From the human T2T-CHM13v2.0 reference genome, Homo sapiens, in assembly GCF_009914755.1 (NCBI RefSeq), contig NC_060925.1: a stretch of 64,000 nucleotides of DNA; one strand, written 5' to 3'. Under the pieces are notes generated by a model that saw only the letters and a program-made list of their open reading frames with translations, was not told where the DNA came from and made no database searches. Of this stretch, positions 1 to 15,455 are shown in pieces. Position numbers and translations under genes: made by a program. The stretch's first letter is position 1. Each line of letters opens with the position of its first letter.

Positions 1-725
1 TGTCTTTAGAGACCCCATGTACTTTGTTAGAAGCCGTATTGTTAGATTCAGATAAATCAACACTTGCTTCTGCTGAGGACTGTATCTTTGCATTATATTC
101 TATACTGAGTTAAAGATAACTACATTTTTAAAATTTAATTTTCTTTCTCAAACACCATATGTGCTGTTTTGATTGTTTCTGTGAGAGAACTTCACTTCTA
201 AAAAGTCAACTCTGTAATTATTTAAATCTATTTAAATTTTACAACCTCCTGTTACTTATATTCTTGTTCCTTTTACTAAATCCTAAATGAATGACTTTGG
301 TTATTTGTATTTCCATAATATTTGAGCTAATTAATAGATTTGAGGTAATCTGCTCTGAATATTTATTTCATTCTCATGTATACACAGTACATTTAAATTT
401 TTTATTACCTTTGGGTTTTCTAAAAATGTGTCTATAGAAAAAATAAGCTAAATTTTAAACAACATAAAAAAAGTCCATCAGTCCTAGACCTAACTATTCT
501 TCCTATAGTTGATCCCTTCCATTCTTTTTCTCTTTATTCCTACTTTAAAAACCAAAAAAAGAAACTTTTTTCTTTGACCAGTTTATCTTTTCTTCTTGTT
601 ATTCTTCTTTATTTTTTAAAATCCCTTTTTTTCTTTTGATTATTAGTGGACTCTTCAACTAATTGTTTCTTGGTTTGGGAAAGGTTAAGTTCGTGCAATT
701 TCTGCAGAGCTTGCTTTTAAAGATT

Positions 726-744
726 TGTCCAGGAGGTGGCACTA
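726..744 (+). promoter_or_regulatory. Candidate CTCF core motif
   Basis: TGTCCAGGAGGTGGCACTA matches the CCASYAGRKGGCRS core with one mismatch. Motif only; no binding data. Confidence 0.4.
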
Positions 745-747
745 AAG

Positions 748-783
748 CACTATAATAAGATTGAGTCACTATAATAAGATTGA
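748..783. repeat. 17-bp direct repeat
   Basis: CACTATAATAAGATTGA occurs at 748-764 and 767-783, separated by GT. Confidence 0.85.
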
Positions 784-3479
784 CATCAATTTTAAAATGT
801 CACCTGGAAAAAAAAAAATCTCTGAGGAGTCCTGAGGTTGTTACCTGTAAAGAAGGTATGTTTGCAAACAAAGAACAATTTGCACTTGAAATCTTACCAC
901 AATATAGATTCAATTATGTCCAGTTAAATCCTTTCTCCTGTACAAAAGAAGTAAATATTCTTGTAAAAATAGTAGGAGTTTGTATGAATATGCGTCTCTG
1001 TTAGGGAGAATTAATTGAGACAACCTTTGTCTCCATAGGGTTTTCTAAGTGTTCTATAAAATATTACATTAAATCTGCATAAAATCAGAATTAAAAATGT
1101 ATTTATTAGTATACAGTTCTCATTTGACACAGGGGGATTGGTGTGCACAGTCTATCTCTTATTAGTGTTAATGGGAATTACATGTGTAAATCACCAAGTC
1201 CCAGTGCATGGAGATGAAAATCTCCATAAAGATTAAAATTCTGCATTTGTATTGCTTTTGATTATGGAGAAACTGAAAGTATGATAGTTGTGCTTATATC
1301 TTTAAACTTAGTAGGAATAAGTTGCACCTGAAACAACAGACTCTGAATTTATTCAGTTAAACCTTCAGTTTTTTGTGATGATCAATTCAGAACCAAAAGC
1401 TAGAGAGGCTTCTCAGATTGCCAACCCTGAATCCTGGAATTTAGCCAACCCCGAAGAGCTCCCACAGCTGTTCCCATAGTAGCAGAGGTTGCTTCTGGGT
1501 CTAGCTTCCAAGAAGAAATATCTTCTTTTCGATGCCAGTTCAAGCACCTTAGAAAGAGCAGAGCTTTCTTCTCCCTCCTGACCCTTATCTCTGAAGCTCC
1601 TTCTGCCTCACAAAGTGGGGCTGCCCAGCCTCAGTGGCATTTGTTGCACCTGGCCTCTTCAGAACTCTACCTAGGTTTGAAGCTGGTCCCCAGTGACCCT
1701 CTAGAAGTAAGTCTCTCCAGAACGCCCCCAGGCCCAGGCAGCAAGGAGTAATGTGAGCCACACTGCGGCAACCAGCAGCTCCTGACTGACAGTTCTGGTT
1801 TGGCAGTTAACCAGAAAAGTGAAGAGAGGGTTTTGACAGCTGGGAGATCCCCTGCCCTACAGACCTAGAAGATACTTATGCCAGAAAAAGAAACCCTTCC
1901 ATCCAGGAATGCGAGGAGCCAGTCAGTCTTTTTCTTAGCTGACTGTCTTTCCCTGCTCTGCTTTTCTGAGCGCTGCCCTGCCTAGATGACTAATAAGTAA
2001 GATCGCTTGCAGAATCTGTGTGGTCTCCATCCAGCTGCATTCTCTCCCTCCCGTGGTCCCAAAGGCTTTCTGGCCTTAGTTAAAAGCCCTTCTACTCTTG
2101 AGAATATACTTCCAGTAGCTGGAGACTTCAGTTTTCTGTCACCGGATAAGACACTGGACACTCAATAAATATTGAGCTTCCGATGTGGCCAGCACTATTT
2201 TACGCTAATTACATGAGGAATAGGGGAAAAGATTCCCACTCTTTTTCAGTTTTTCTTAAGCCCCTTGATTCTAACTAGCTTTGAAGTAAAATAGCCTTTC
2301 ATTGTCTTTCCTGCTCCTAGGTTGGCTATAGCAACCGTTTCTGTCTCTGCTTGTGGTATTTGCCAAGGTGATAACTGTCCCATATCTATCTGCTGTTCAT
2401 ATTTAATAAGTGGGTTTTAAAAGGCATGATTGGAGACAGTGTATACTCTAGATAGATAATTCCCTCTGGTTTTAAGAAAAGGTGAAAAAGAGTCTTTTAT
2501 GTTACCTTGAAAATTCACTCTCCTTTGTATCTTGCAGGTTTTTAATTTTTAAAGTAAAATAAAATGTTTTTTTTTTTCTTTTTCATTTCAGGACAGAATG
2601 GAAAACTGTAACACTAGTACCATGTGTTTCATAAGGATTTGCTTCACTGATAGAGAAAATTGGCTGTTGACAATGGTTGACTGAAGCCGACATAGCCTAA
2701 TAAGGAAAGGAGACACTTTATTGATTATAAGACAAAAGTGCCCAAACTAGGTTTTGTCCCTTTAAATTTTATTGACTATAAAATGGAGATCTTGTACCTT
2801 TTAAATTTGCATTTAGTGTGATATTACAATTACTTTTACTATCACTCTATTCATGCTCTCTAAGAGAGCACACACATTTATTACCGAAAAAAAAAAAAAA
2901 AGACTACTACTCTTTAGCAGGCACTTTGCTCAGGAATATTTATATACACCCACACACAGAGAAAAATTCAAAGCAAGAGATAAATGTATTCTAATTTTAA
3001 GGAGGACTCTGAGGTCATTGCTAAAAATTTTTGATTTGAAGTCATTGCCTCCAAGTTGAATATAAAAAAAGCATTTCTTTAGCACAGGCTCCTCAATCCA
3101 TATCTCATTTACCATATTTAAATCCTTAATCCTGTAACACCAATTCAAATAACAGTCCACTTGCTATCTTCCAGCTTTGGGTCACCATTCAATGAAAAAT
3201 GACAGGCAGTGAAATCAGGAGGGCTCATTGGCACGTAGATAATGGATGTCAAAGAAAGCCAGTATAACTCATAAACAACTAGCTTTTATAAATTGTCCAG
3301 TAAACAAATATTTTGTGAGCACTCTGCTAGACAATAGGAGCAGTGACCAAGATAATTACCATTCTCAAAATATTTCCACTGTTCTCAAGGGGCTTATGGT
3401 CTCACAAGGCATGTTGATAGAGAACTACAGGACCTAATAACTGCCATAAACTGAGTGATTCAAAATGTCGTATATCTGC

Positions 3480-3680
3480 TAAGTGCCTAATATACACCAT
3501 CTTGCTAATCTTCAAAACCCCCTTATGAAATATATATTATTAACTCCACTTTACAAATGAGACAATTAAGGCTCAGAGAGGTTACGTTACATGGTTAAGA
3601 CATATCTTATTCAGTGATAGAGACGCCATTTCAACCTAAGGTTCGCAGATTCCTGAGACAGAGACCTTTCTTCATACTTT
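3480..3680. mobile_element. MIR SINE fragment
   Basis: MIR core-like sequence 'ccactttacaaatgagacaattaaggctcagagaggtt...'. Boundaries approximate. Confidence 0.6.
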
Positions 3681-5304
3681 GCTATTTCTTTCTCTTGGGA
3701 ATACAAATGATCAAGTAAACTTTTCTGCCTGGAACACAGAGGTGAACAGGTAAGACTTCACAAAGAAGAAATCTCTTAGGACTGAGGAACAAATTTTCTA
3801 GGCACATTTCATTGGCTAATTAAAAAAAGAAGTGCTGGAGTGTTGCTAGGTAGTTTATATTTTATTCCATTTCAAGTTGGAAAAATACCTAGCTTCAAAG
3901 CTTTGTTTTTGTATATATTTTTTTGTGGGGTGGATCACATTGTAGGCAATTTGGAGAAAATGTTTATAGTTGTACAGGCTGAGAATCTGGTCTTTCCCCA
4001 ACACATATTTTAACATATAGCAAAACATAGCCACAATATAGTCCTGCTGTTCACAAAGTAAAGCTTGATTCTGGGACATATAAACAGGAGTGTAACTACA
4101 GGAGACATGAGTTAATCCTCTCACAGTCCTTAGCATTTGCAAAGCTTTTATTAGAGCCTCATGTTTACAGCTGGCTGAAGCAATTTAAACAAGATACATG
4201 GAACCTGGAGAGAATCCAGAGGACAGAGGCAGGACGAATATAAGGATTCCTTGAAAAGAATTCAATTCAACAAACACTCATATATAAGGTACCACAGGAA
4301 AAAGTATAGCCCCAAAGGGCTGGGCCCACATCTGTTTTATTAATTAATATGTCCACAGTTCTTAGCCCAGTACTGGGTATATAGCAGCACCTCAGTCCAC
4401 ACGTGATGAATTGACTCAAAGGCCTTAGAATCTCATAGGGACGCAAAAATAAAAGAAGGTCTGCAATGCAAGGAGCAGGAGATAAGTGATACAATAAATG
4501 TACAAAAAAGGACAGAAGAAAATGATTCATTTTGACTAGTTCGTCACCGAAGTCTTCATGAGTAAGCCTGATGTTTGAGATAGGCTTTGACTATGGGGGA
4601 ACTTTCTAAAGGCTAAAGAGAAAATGGGCATTTCTGGCTATAGGTTTAGTCAGTGAAAAGATGTAACAGTAAGATAATTTATGCTGCATTTATGGAATTC
4701 AGGATGGTAGAATTTCAATCTAAAATTCATGGGTGGAAGTGAAACACAGAGAAAACAAGACTGGAAATTAAGTTAATCTCAGGCTATGAAAGGCTTGAAT
4801 GGAATGTTAGGAACTCTGTACTTTATTCTTTAGGCAGTGGAGAAAATAAGAAATAACATTTATCGAACTATGGTAATACAAGTTTTATAGTGAATAAATG
4901 TGCAATGTACAAACACTAATCCTCAAAACTATGCCAAGTTTTAGAGAGTTTAAGTAATAGTCTCAAGATCACATATCTGGTTTAGCTTATCTGTTTCAAT
5001 CTACATCTGTGTGACTCCTGATCCAAGGCTATTAACTAATAAACTGAATGGTCTTATTATCAATAGCTTTTAGAGGAGTAACTGATATGATTAGAACCAT
5101 ATCAGTTTGAAGGATGCATTAAAAATATGGAAGGATAGAAATAATGAAACTAGTAAGATTATTGCAATGGTCCAAGAAAATATCATTTAAGGCATAGCTA
5201 TAGGAATTGCACTGGAAGTGCAAATAGGGCCTGAATATAAAGGCAATGCCAAAGGCAAACGAATAAGGATTCAAATAGTTTTAATTTGAAGATACAGTTG
5301 TTAA

Positions 5305-5698
5305 ATAGTGCTGTTAGCCAAATAATTATTGTTCTTTTCTTTCCAGACACATTGATCACACTTTCTGCACTCCTATGGTTAGGTTTAGTCATGTGATTCA
5401 TTTGTGACAATAATTGTACAGAGAAGTGAAATGTGTTATTTCTTGCCTGAGTATTTAATTGATAATGTATGACTTTCCAGAGCATTCTCTTTTTCTCTAT
5501 CATCATGATTGGCAATATTTGAGAAGATGACTGCTCTTTCAGCCTGGTCTTAGGCTGAAATATCAGTGGCTATGAAGAACAGGGGGCCTGTTGACCTACA
5601 AGAGACCTGAGTAAAAAAGAACCCTCTGTTGCTGTAAACCACTGATATTTTAGTTTTATTTTTTACTGCAACAAACTTAGCCTGTCTTGACTGATACA
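5305..5698 (+). mobile_element. MaLR solo LTR (MLT1J-like)
   Basis: Ends with a typical MLT1J 3' terminus 'tagcctgtcttgactgataca'. Boundaries approximate. Confidence 0.55.
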
Positions 5699-5714
5699 GA
5701 AGTGATGAGGGAAC

Positions 5715-5940
5715 TAGCTAACATTTATTGAGCACTTATTCTGTGACATGCACTTTTCTGAATTGTCTTTCTTAGTTATTAAAATAAGTCTAATAAGTAG
5801 ATGCCATTATCGTCTTTATATTTGGATGAAGATATTAGGTGTATTGTTGTTAGTAGAGCTTCACTAAAGATTAGCCAAGTACTCCAGCCGGGATTTGAAT
5901 CTAGGCAGTTTTAACCTAGTGCCCATGTTCTTGTACATCA
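5715..5940. mobile_element. MIR SINE fragment
   Basis: 'gctaacatttattgagcactta...ggatttgaatctaggcag' are MIR-like motifs. Confidence 0.55.
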
Positions 5941-6256
5941 TGTTACTCTTTCATCATGTTTTCTGGTCAGGATGTCAGGGATAATAGTTATGCAAGATTA
6001 TTTGAAAGAGAGAGAGTAGGATTCTAGAAGGTGTGTTGGGAGGTGACTACATTTTTGAATATTTTAAAGTAGAATTGGAACTTTCAGAAGCAGAACATCA
6101 GGCAATATTATATAAATTTAACATTCTGAAAAAAAGTCAAAGCTAGTGTGTTAAACAGAATAATGGCTTCTCAAAAACATCCACATCTTAATCCCCAGAT
6201 CTGTGAATATGTTACCTTACATGACAAAGGATTTCACACAGGTGATTAAGTTAAAA

Positions 6257-6304
<48 letters not shown>

Positions 6305-6522
6305 CTTTTTTTTTTTTTATTATACTTTAAGTTTTAGGGTACATGTGCACATTGTGCAGGTTAGTTACATATGTATACATGTGCCATGCTGGTGCGCTGC
6401 ACCCACTAACTCGTCATCTAGCATTAGGTATATCTCCCAATGCTATCCCTCCCCCTCCCCCCACCCCACCACAGTCCCCAGAGTGTGATATTCCCCTTCC
6501 TGTGTCCATGTAATCTCATTGT

Positions 6523-10351
<3,829 letters not shown>

Positions 10352-10414
10352 TATGATGTTAGCTGGTGATTTTGCTCGTTAGTTGATGCAGTTTCTTCCT
10401 AGTCTCGATGGTCT

Positions 10415-11431
10415 TTACATTTTGGCATGATTTTGCAGCGGCTGGTACCGGTTGTTCCTTTCCATGTTTAGCGCTTCCTTCAGGAGCTCTTTTAGGGCAG
10501 GCCTGGTGGTGACAAAATCTCTCAGCATTTGCTTGTCTGTAAAGGATTTTATTTCTCCTTCACTTATGAAGCTTAGTTTGGCTGGATATGAAATTCTGGG
10601 TGGAAAGTTCTTTTCTTTAAGAATGTTGAATGTTGGCCCCCACTCTCTTCTGGCTTGTAGGGTTTCTGCCGAGAGATCCGCTGTTAGTCTGATGGGCTTC
10701 CCTTTGAGGGTAACCCGACCTTTCTCTCTGGCTGCCCTTAACATTTTTTCCTTCATTTCAACTTTGGTGAATCTGACAATTATGTGTCTTGGAGTTGCTC
10801 TTCTCGAGGAGTATCTTTGTGGCGTTCTCTGTATTTCCTGAATCTGAACGTTGGCCTGCCTTGCTAGATTGGGGAAGTTCTCCTGGATAATATCCTGCAG
10901 AGTGTTTTCCAACTTGGTTCCATTCTCTCCATCACTTTCAGGTACACCAATCAGACGTAGATTTGGTCTTTTCACATAGTCCCATATTTCTTGGAGGCTT
11001 TGCTCATTTCTTTTTATTCTTTTTTCTCTAAACTTCCCTTCTCGCTTCATTTCATTCATTTCATCTTCCATTGCTGATACCCTTTCTTCCAGTTGATCGC
11101 ATCGGCTCCTGAGGCTTCTGCATTCTTCACGTAGTTCTCGAGCCTTGGTTTTCAGCTCCATCAGCTCCTTTAAGCACTTCTCTGTATTGGTTATTCTAGT
11201 TATACATTCTTCTAAATTTTTTTCAAAGTTTTCAACTTCTTTGCCTTTGGTTTGAATGTCCTCCCGTAGCTCAGAGTAATTTGATCGTCTGAAGCCTTCT
11301 TCTCTCAGCTCGTCAAAATCATTCTCCATCCAGCTTTGTTCCGTTGCTGGTGAGGAACTGCGTTCCTTTGGAGGAGGAGAGGCACTCTGCGTTTTAGAGT
11401 TTCCAGTTTTTCTGTTCTGTTTTTTCCCCAT
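10415..11431 (-). CDS. L1 ORF1p, intact 338 aa RNA-binding chaperone
   Basis: MGKKQNRKTGNSK... full length, with REKG, ARR and YPAKLS motifs intact. Confidence 0.97.
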   Translation of the reverse strand: MGKKQNRKTGNSKTQSASPPPKERSSSPATEQSWMENDFDELREEGFRRSNYSELREDIQTKGKEVENFEKNLEECITRITNTEKCLKELMELKTKARELREECRSLRSRCDQLEERVSAMEDEMNEMKREGKFREKRIKRNEQSLQEIWDYVKRPNLRLIGVPESDGENGTKLENTLQDIIQENFPNLARQANVQIQEIQRTPQRYSSRRATPRHIIVRFTKVEMKEKMLRAAREKGRVTLKGKPIRLTADLSAETLQARREWGPTFNILKEKNFPPRISYPAKLSFISEGEIKSFTDKQMLRDFVTTRPALKELLKEALNMERNNRYQPLQNHAKM

Positions 11432-12336
11432 CTTTGTGGTTTTATCTACTTTTGGTCTTTGATGATGGTGATGTACAGATGGGTTTTCGGTGTGGATGTC
11501 CTTTCTGTTTGTTAGTTTTCCTTCTAACAGACAGGACCCTCAGCTGCAGGTCTGTTGGAATACCCTGCAGTGTGAGGTGTCAGTGTGCCCCTGCTGGGGG
11601 GTGCCTCCCAGTTAGGCTGCTCGGGGGTCAGGGGTCAGGGACCCACTTGAGGAGGCAGTCTGCCCATTCTCAGATCTCCAGCTGCGTGCTGGGAGAACCA
11701 CTGCTCTCTTCAAAGCTGTCAGACAGGGACATTTAAGTCTGCAGAGGTTACTGCTGTCTTTTTGTTTGTCTGTGTCCTGCCCCCAGAGGTGGAGCCTACA
11801 GAGGCAGGCAGGCCTCCTTGAGCTGTGGTGGGCTCCACCCAGTTCTAGCTTCCCGGCTGCTTTGTTTACCTAAGCAAGCCTGGGCAATGGCGGGAGCCCC
11901 TCCCCCAGCCTCGCTGCCGCCTTGCAGTTTGATCTCAGACTGCTGTGCTAGCAATCAGCGAGACTCCGTGGGCGTAGGACCCTCCGAGCCAGGTGTGGGA
12001 TATAGTCTCGTGGTGCGCCGTTTTTTAAGCCGGTCTGAAAAGCACAATATTCGGGTGGGAGTGACCCGATTTTCCAGGTGCGTCTGTCACCCCTTTCTTT
12101 GACTCGGAAAGGGAACTCCCTGACCCCTTGCGCTTCCCAGGTGAGGCAATGCCTCGCCCTGCTTCGTCTTGTGCATGGTGCGCGCACCCACTGGCCTGCA
12201 CCCACTGTCTGGCACTCCCTAGTGAGATGAACCCAGTACCTCAGATGGAAATGCAGAAATCACCCGTCTTCTGCGTCGCTCACGCTGGGAGCTGTAGACC
12301 GTAGCTGTTCCTATTCGGCCATCTTGGCTCCTCCCC
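11432..12336 (-). promoter_or_regulatory. L1 5' UTR: internal sense promoter (YY1 site ~12316-12326) and antisense promoter
   Basis: CpG-rich 5' UTR with an intact CAAGATGGCCG YY1 motif. Its length indicates the 129-bp segment of older L1PA3+ elements is absent. Confidence 0.85.
11887..12102 (+). CDS. L1 ORF0 (antisense, 71 aa), intact
   Basis: MAGAPPPASLPPCSLISDCCASNQRDSVGVGPSEPGVGYSLVVRRFLSRSEKHNIRVGVTRFSRCVCHPFL. Splice donors AG/GTGTGG (11993) and AG/GTGCGT (12078) are present. Confidence 0.85.
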   Translation: MAGAPPPASLPPCSLISDCCASNQRDSVGVGPSEPGVGYSLVVRRFLSRSEKHNIRVGVTRFSRCVCHPFL

Positions 12337-13819
12337 TAAAATCTTGAGATGGGAGATTATATTGGATTTTCTGAGTGTGCTCAAAGTAATCACAAGAGTC
12401 CCTATAAGGGAAAGAAAGAAGGAAATGTGATGGTGGAAGTAAGCAGAGGTTTGAGAAACAAGAAGAAATTTGAAGATTCTACACTGCTGGCTTTGAAGAT
12501 GAGGAAGGGGCCAAGAGCCAAGGAAAGCAAGTAGCCTCTAGAAGCTGAAAAGGCAAGAAAACAAATTCTACCCCACAATCTGCAGAAGGAACACAGCACA
12601 GTCAACTGATTTTTGACTTCTGACCTTAAGACTTATAAGATAATAAATCTTTATTGTTTTAAGCCATTAAATTTGAGGTACTTTATTATAGCAGTGATAG
12701 GAAACTAATACAGCCATAATAGATTTGGGAATTCATTTAAAGAGATTTGATAATTGATGCTGGAGGGCTGGTGAGATTGTCCAGTGAGGAAAAGTAAAGT
12801 GAAATGGGAAGGGCTAAAGAGCGAGCACAGGACAATTATAAATTGTCTTCAAGAACAAGGCAAAGGAACAGGGCACAGGCAATGGTGAGAGAGTTAGGGG
12901 GCAACTTTGTAAGAGGAGAGCTAGGATTGGGCTAGGCATAGATCTGCTGTGGTCTTGGTGCTACTCATTCTGGAAGGAGTGGCGAACTTGATCTATAGAC
13001 CAATCACAAAAATAAAAACCTAAGGAAAACAGAACATACAGGTGTGGAACTCTGACCCAGCAAGCTCAGTAATGATAATAATAATAATAACCAATACTTT
13101 ATTAACAGATTACCATGTACTGGGTAATATTGTAAGGGCTTTACATGTGTTCATATTTTTCAACATTACAACAAATCGCTAAGATATGTACTATTATTAA
13201 CTTACGTTCATAAATAAGGAAATTATTTGTGACAAAGAAAAATTTTAAATGAAAGCTAAGGTAAAAACCAGGTTGTCCAGCACAGAGTCAACACTCCTAA
13301 GCCCAATGCAGATTAATATCTGAGAGAAATGCAAAATAATAAGGCCATTCTGAGTTCAAATTTCTGTTAATCCACTTAATAGATGTACAAATTCGGATAA
13401 TTTTTATTCTTTTTGAACTTCTTCTTTCTTGTTTTAAAATAAATCTATGAATAGTAGTACCTATTTCATATGGTCAGCGTGAGGTGTACCGACACTGACT
13501 GGTTGCAGATAATAGACACTTAACTCAGAACAGCTTAAACCACCCTCTAATCCCACTAAAATAGAAGAGATGGACTTATTGGAAGTGTCTGGGGTGGTTC
13601 TCAACATAGAAAGAGGATGAGGAATTCTTGAGAAGGGAAGAAACCAAAACATCTTTGGGGATCCCAGCAATTCAAACATCAAAATTATTTCTGCTGGTCT
13701 CTCATCCCAGCTTCTATCATCATGTAAAATGTGTCCTCTTCTACAGAAGGAGATCAATAGCATAGCCAGATTAGAACCCTAACAACTTGGTTATGTCTTT
13801 ACACTTCATTTTCTCATTT

Positions 13820-14610
13820 TCTTCGAGACTCTGCTAAAATACCGCCACTTGAAAGAACTGATCATCCTATGTAAAATAATACCCCTGGCATTCTATCCAT
13901 TTTCTAGGTTCTGTTTTCTTCTAAGCATTTATCACTACTTGGTATTCTATTATGATTCTATTATATATTTATTGGTGGTTGTCTGTATTCTACACTAGTA
14001 TGTAAGTTCCATGAGAACAGGGACTTGATCTGTGTGCTTAACTACCTGGCACATAGTACCATTCAAATCTCGGTTGGATGAATTAAATTACTGAATTATT
14101 GTGTGCTTACTATATGCCAAGCACAATTCTAGAGGCTTGGCATACATCAAAGATCTTTGCTTTTGTGTAATTCACTTTAGGTGGGGATCTTGGGGGAAGA
14201 AAGCAAGCAAGCAATAACTGTAATATTAAAGTATATTTGTAAGTGTGTTTGAAGATGACAAAGATTCCATGAAACAAGAAGAGAGTACAGTTGGGGGAGG
14301 GAGAGGTATCAGAAATGCCATAAAGGAAGACGGTTGCTAATTCCAAACTGAAACTTGAAGGTGAGACAGTGAATTATGTAAATATGGGAGGTGGAGGATG
14401 AGGAGTGTTTTGGGCAGAGCACACAGCCAGTGCAAAGGCTTAAGGCTGGAACTTGACTGAATTTGTTGCTACTGTGACTGAGTGGAGTGAGGGAGAAATT
14501 AGAGGTAGGAGTTGAGGTAAAGAGGATCATAGGCAAGGGAGAAACGGAGGACTTGTTCACCAAGAGCCTTGAGACTCACTCTAAATATCTGAACAAGGAA
14601 GGGATATGAT
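13820..14610. mobile_element. L2 LINE fragments (probably two, opposite orientations)
   Basis: L2-like motifs 'ctagtatgtaagttccatgagaacagggac', 'tactatatgccaagcacaattctaga' and 'cacagccagtgcaaaggc'. Boundaries approximate. Confidence 0.5.
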
Positions 14611-14813
14611 TTTGCTGAATGAAGAAATTAATGATCATAAAAAATGAAAAATATATATCATTATAGCTCCAGGTTTTTTTTTAATCTTGAGAATGACTGA
14701 GTGGCTCTATTCTGAACTTGTGTATATTTCTGAACAAATCCCATGGCCATGACCAGAAACCTAGGTAGCAAGAGTAGCTCAAATTTGGTCAGTTGCCCCT
14801 TTCTCAGAAAATC

Positions 14814-14814
14814 T

Positions 14815-14848
<34 letters not shown>
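14814..14848. repeat. (CAA)n microsatellite, ~11 units
   Basis: Read directly from the sequence. Confidence 0.9.
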
Positions 14849-15265
14849 ATCAATTCAGTGTGTATAGAAAGGTGGGCTTGTAGTTTTTCAGTTTGGTAAT
14901 ATTTAGTTAGGTTGGAAAAGAAGGAATAGTTTCCCAAAGGTCAGAATTAGATTCCAGGGGAATAATTTGGCAAGCAGTAAATTTTAAATAAATTATAATG
15001 CTCTTTTACCTCTTTTAGACATTGGGAAACATTCTGTTGCACTCCTGGCATCAACTTTAGATTATCTTTTATTAAGCTCACTGTTCCAGGCATTGGGGAC
15101 GTAAAATTAATTGACCAAGATATGCCTTCAAGAAGCTCACAGTTTAGCAAGAGAAAATACAAACAAATCACATTAATACGACATGCTCCTTGACCTAATG
15201 GACTAATGACGCACTGCCTGCTCTGGGGACATGCTGGATGGAATACTTAGCTCATTTTCATGAAT

Positions 15266-15455
15266 CAGGGTTTCACAAAGCATTGTCCATGGATCACCTG
15301 TAACAGAATCTCCTAGGGGGTATTTATTAAAATACAGATTTCTGGGCTCCATTCCAAACCTACTGAATCAAAATCTCTACAGATAGGGCTTATGTATCAG
15401 CTTTTATAATAAAGCTCCTAATGATTCTTACCTAGATCGAAATTGAGAACTGCTG
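15266..15455. mobile_element. MER5A-like hAT MITE
   Basis: 'cagaatctcctagg...taaaatacagatttctgggctccattccaaacctactgaatcaaaatctct...gagaactgctg'. Confidence 0.65.

Noticed and set aside
780-5515. Short 60-105 aa ORFs in AT-rich DNA (also similar ORFs at 13-21 kb, 44-49 kb and 55-64 kb)
   Set aside because: No recognisable domains or splice-consistent exon chain; lengths are as expected by chance, and many begin at non-ATG codons.
6361-6420. Possibility that the L1 is an active L1HS-Ta
   Set aside because: The diagnostic trinucleotide is GAG and the 3'-terminal site is A, which indicates L1PA2; ORF2 is also frameshifted.
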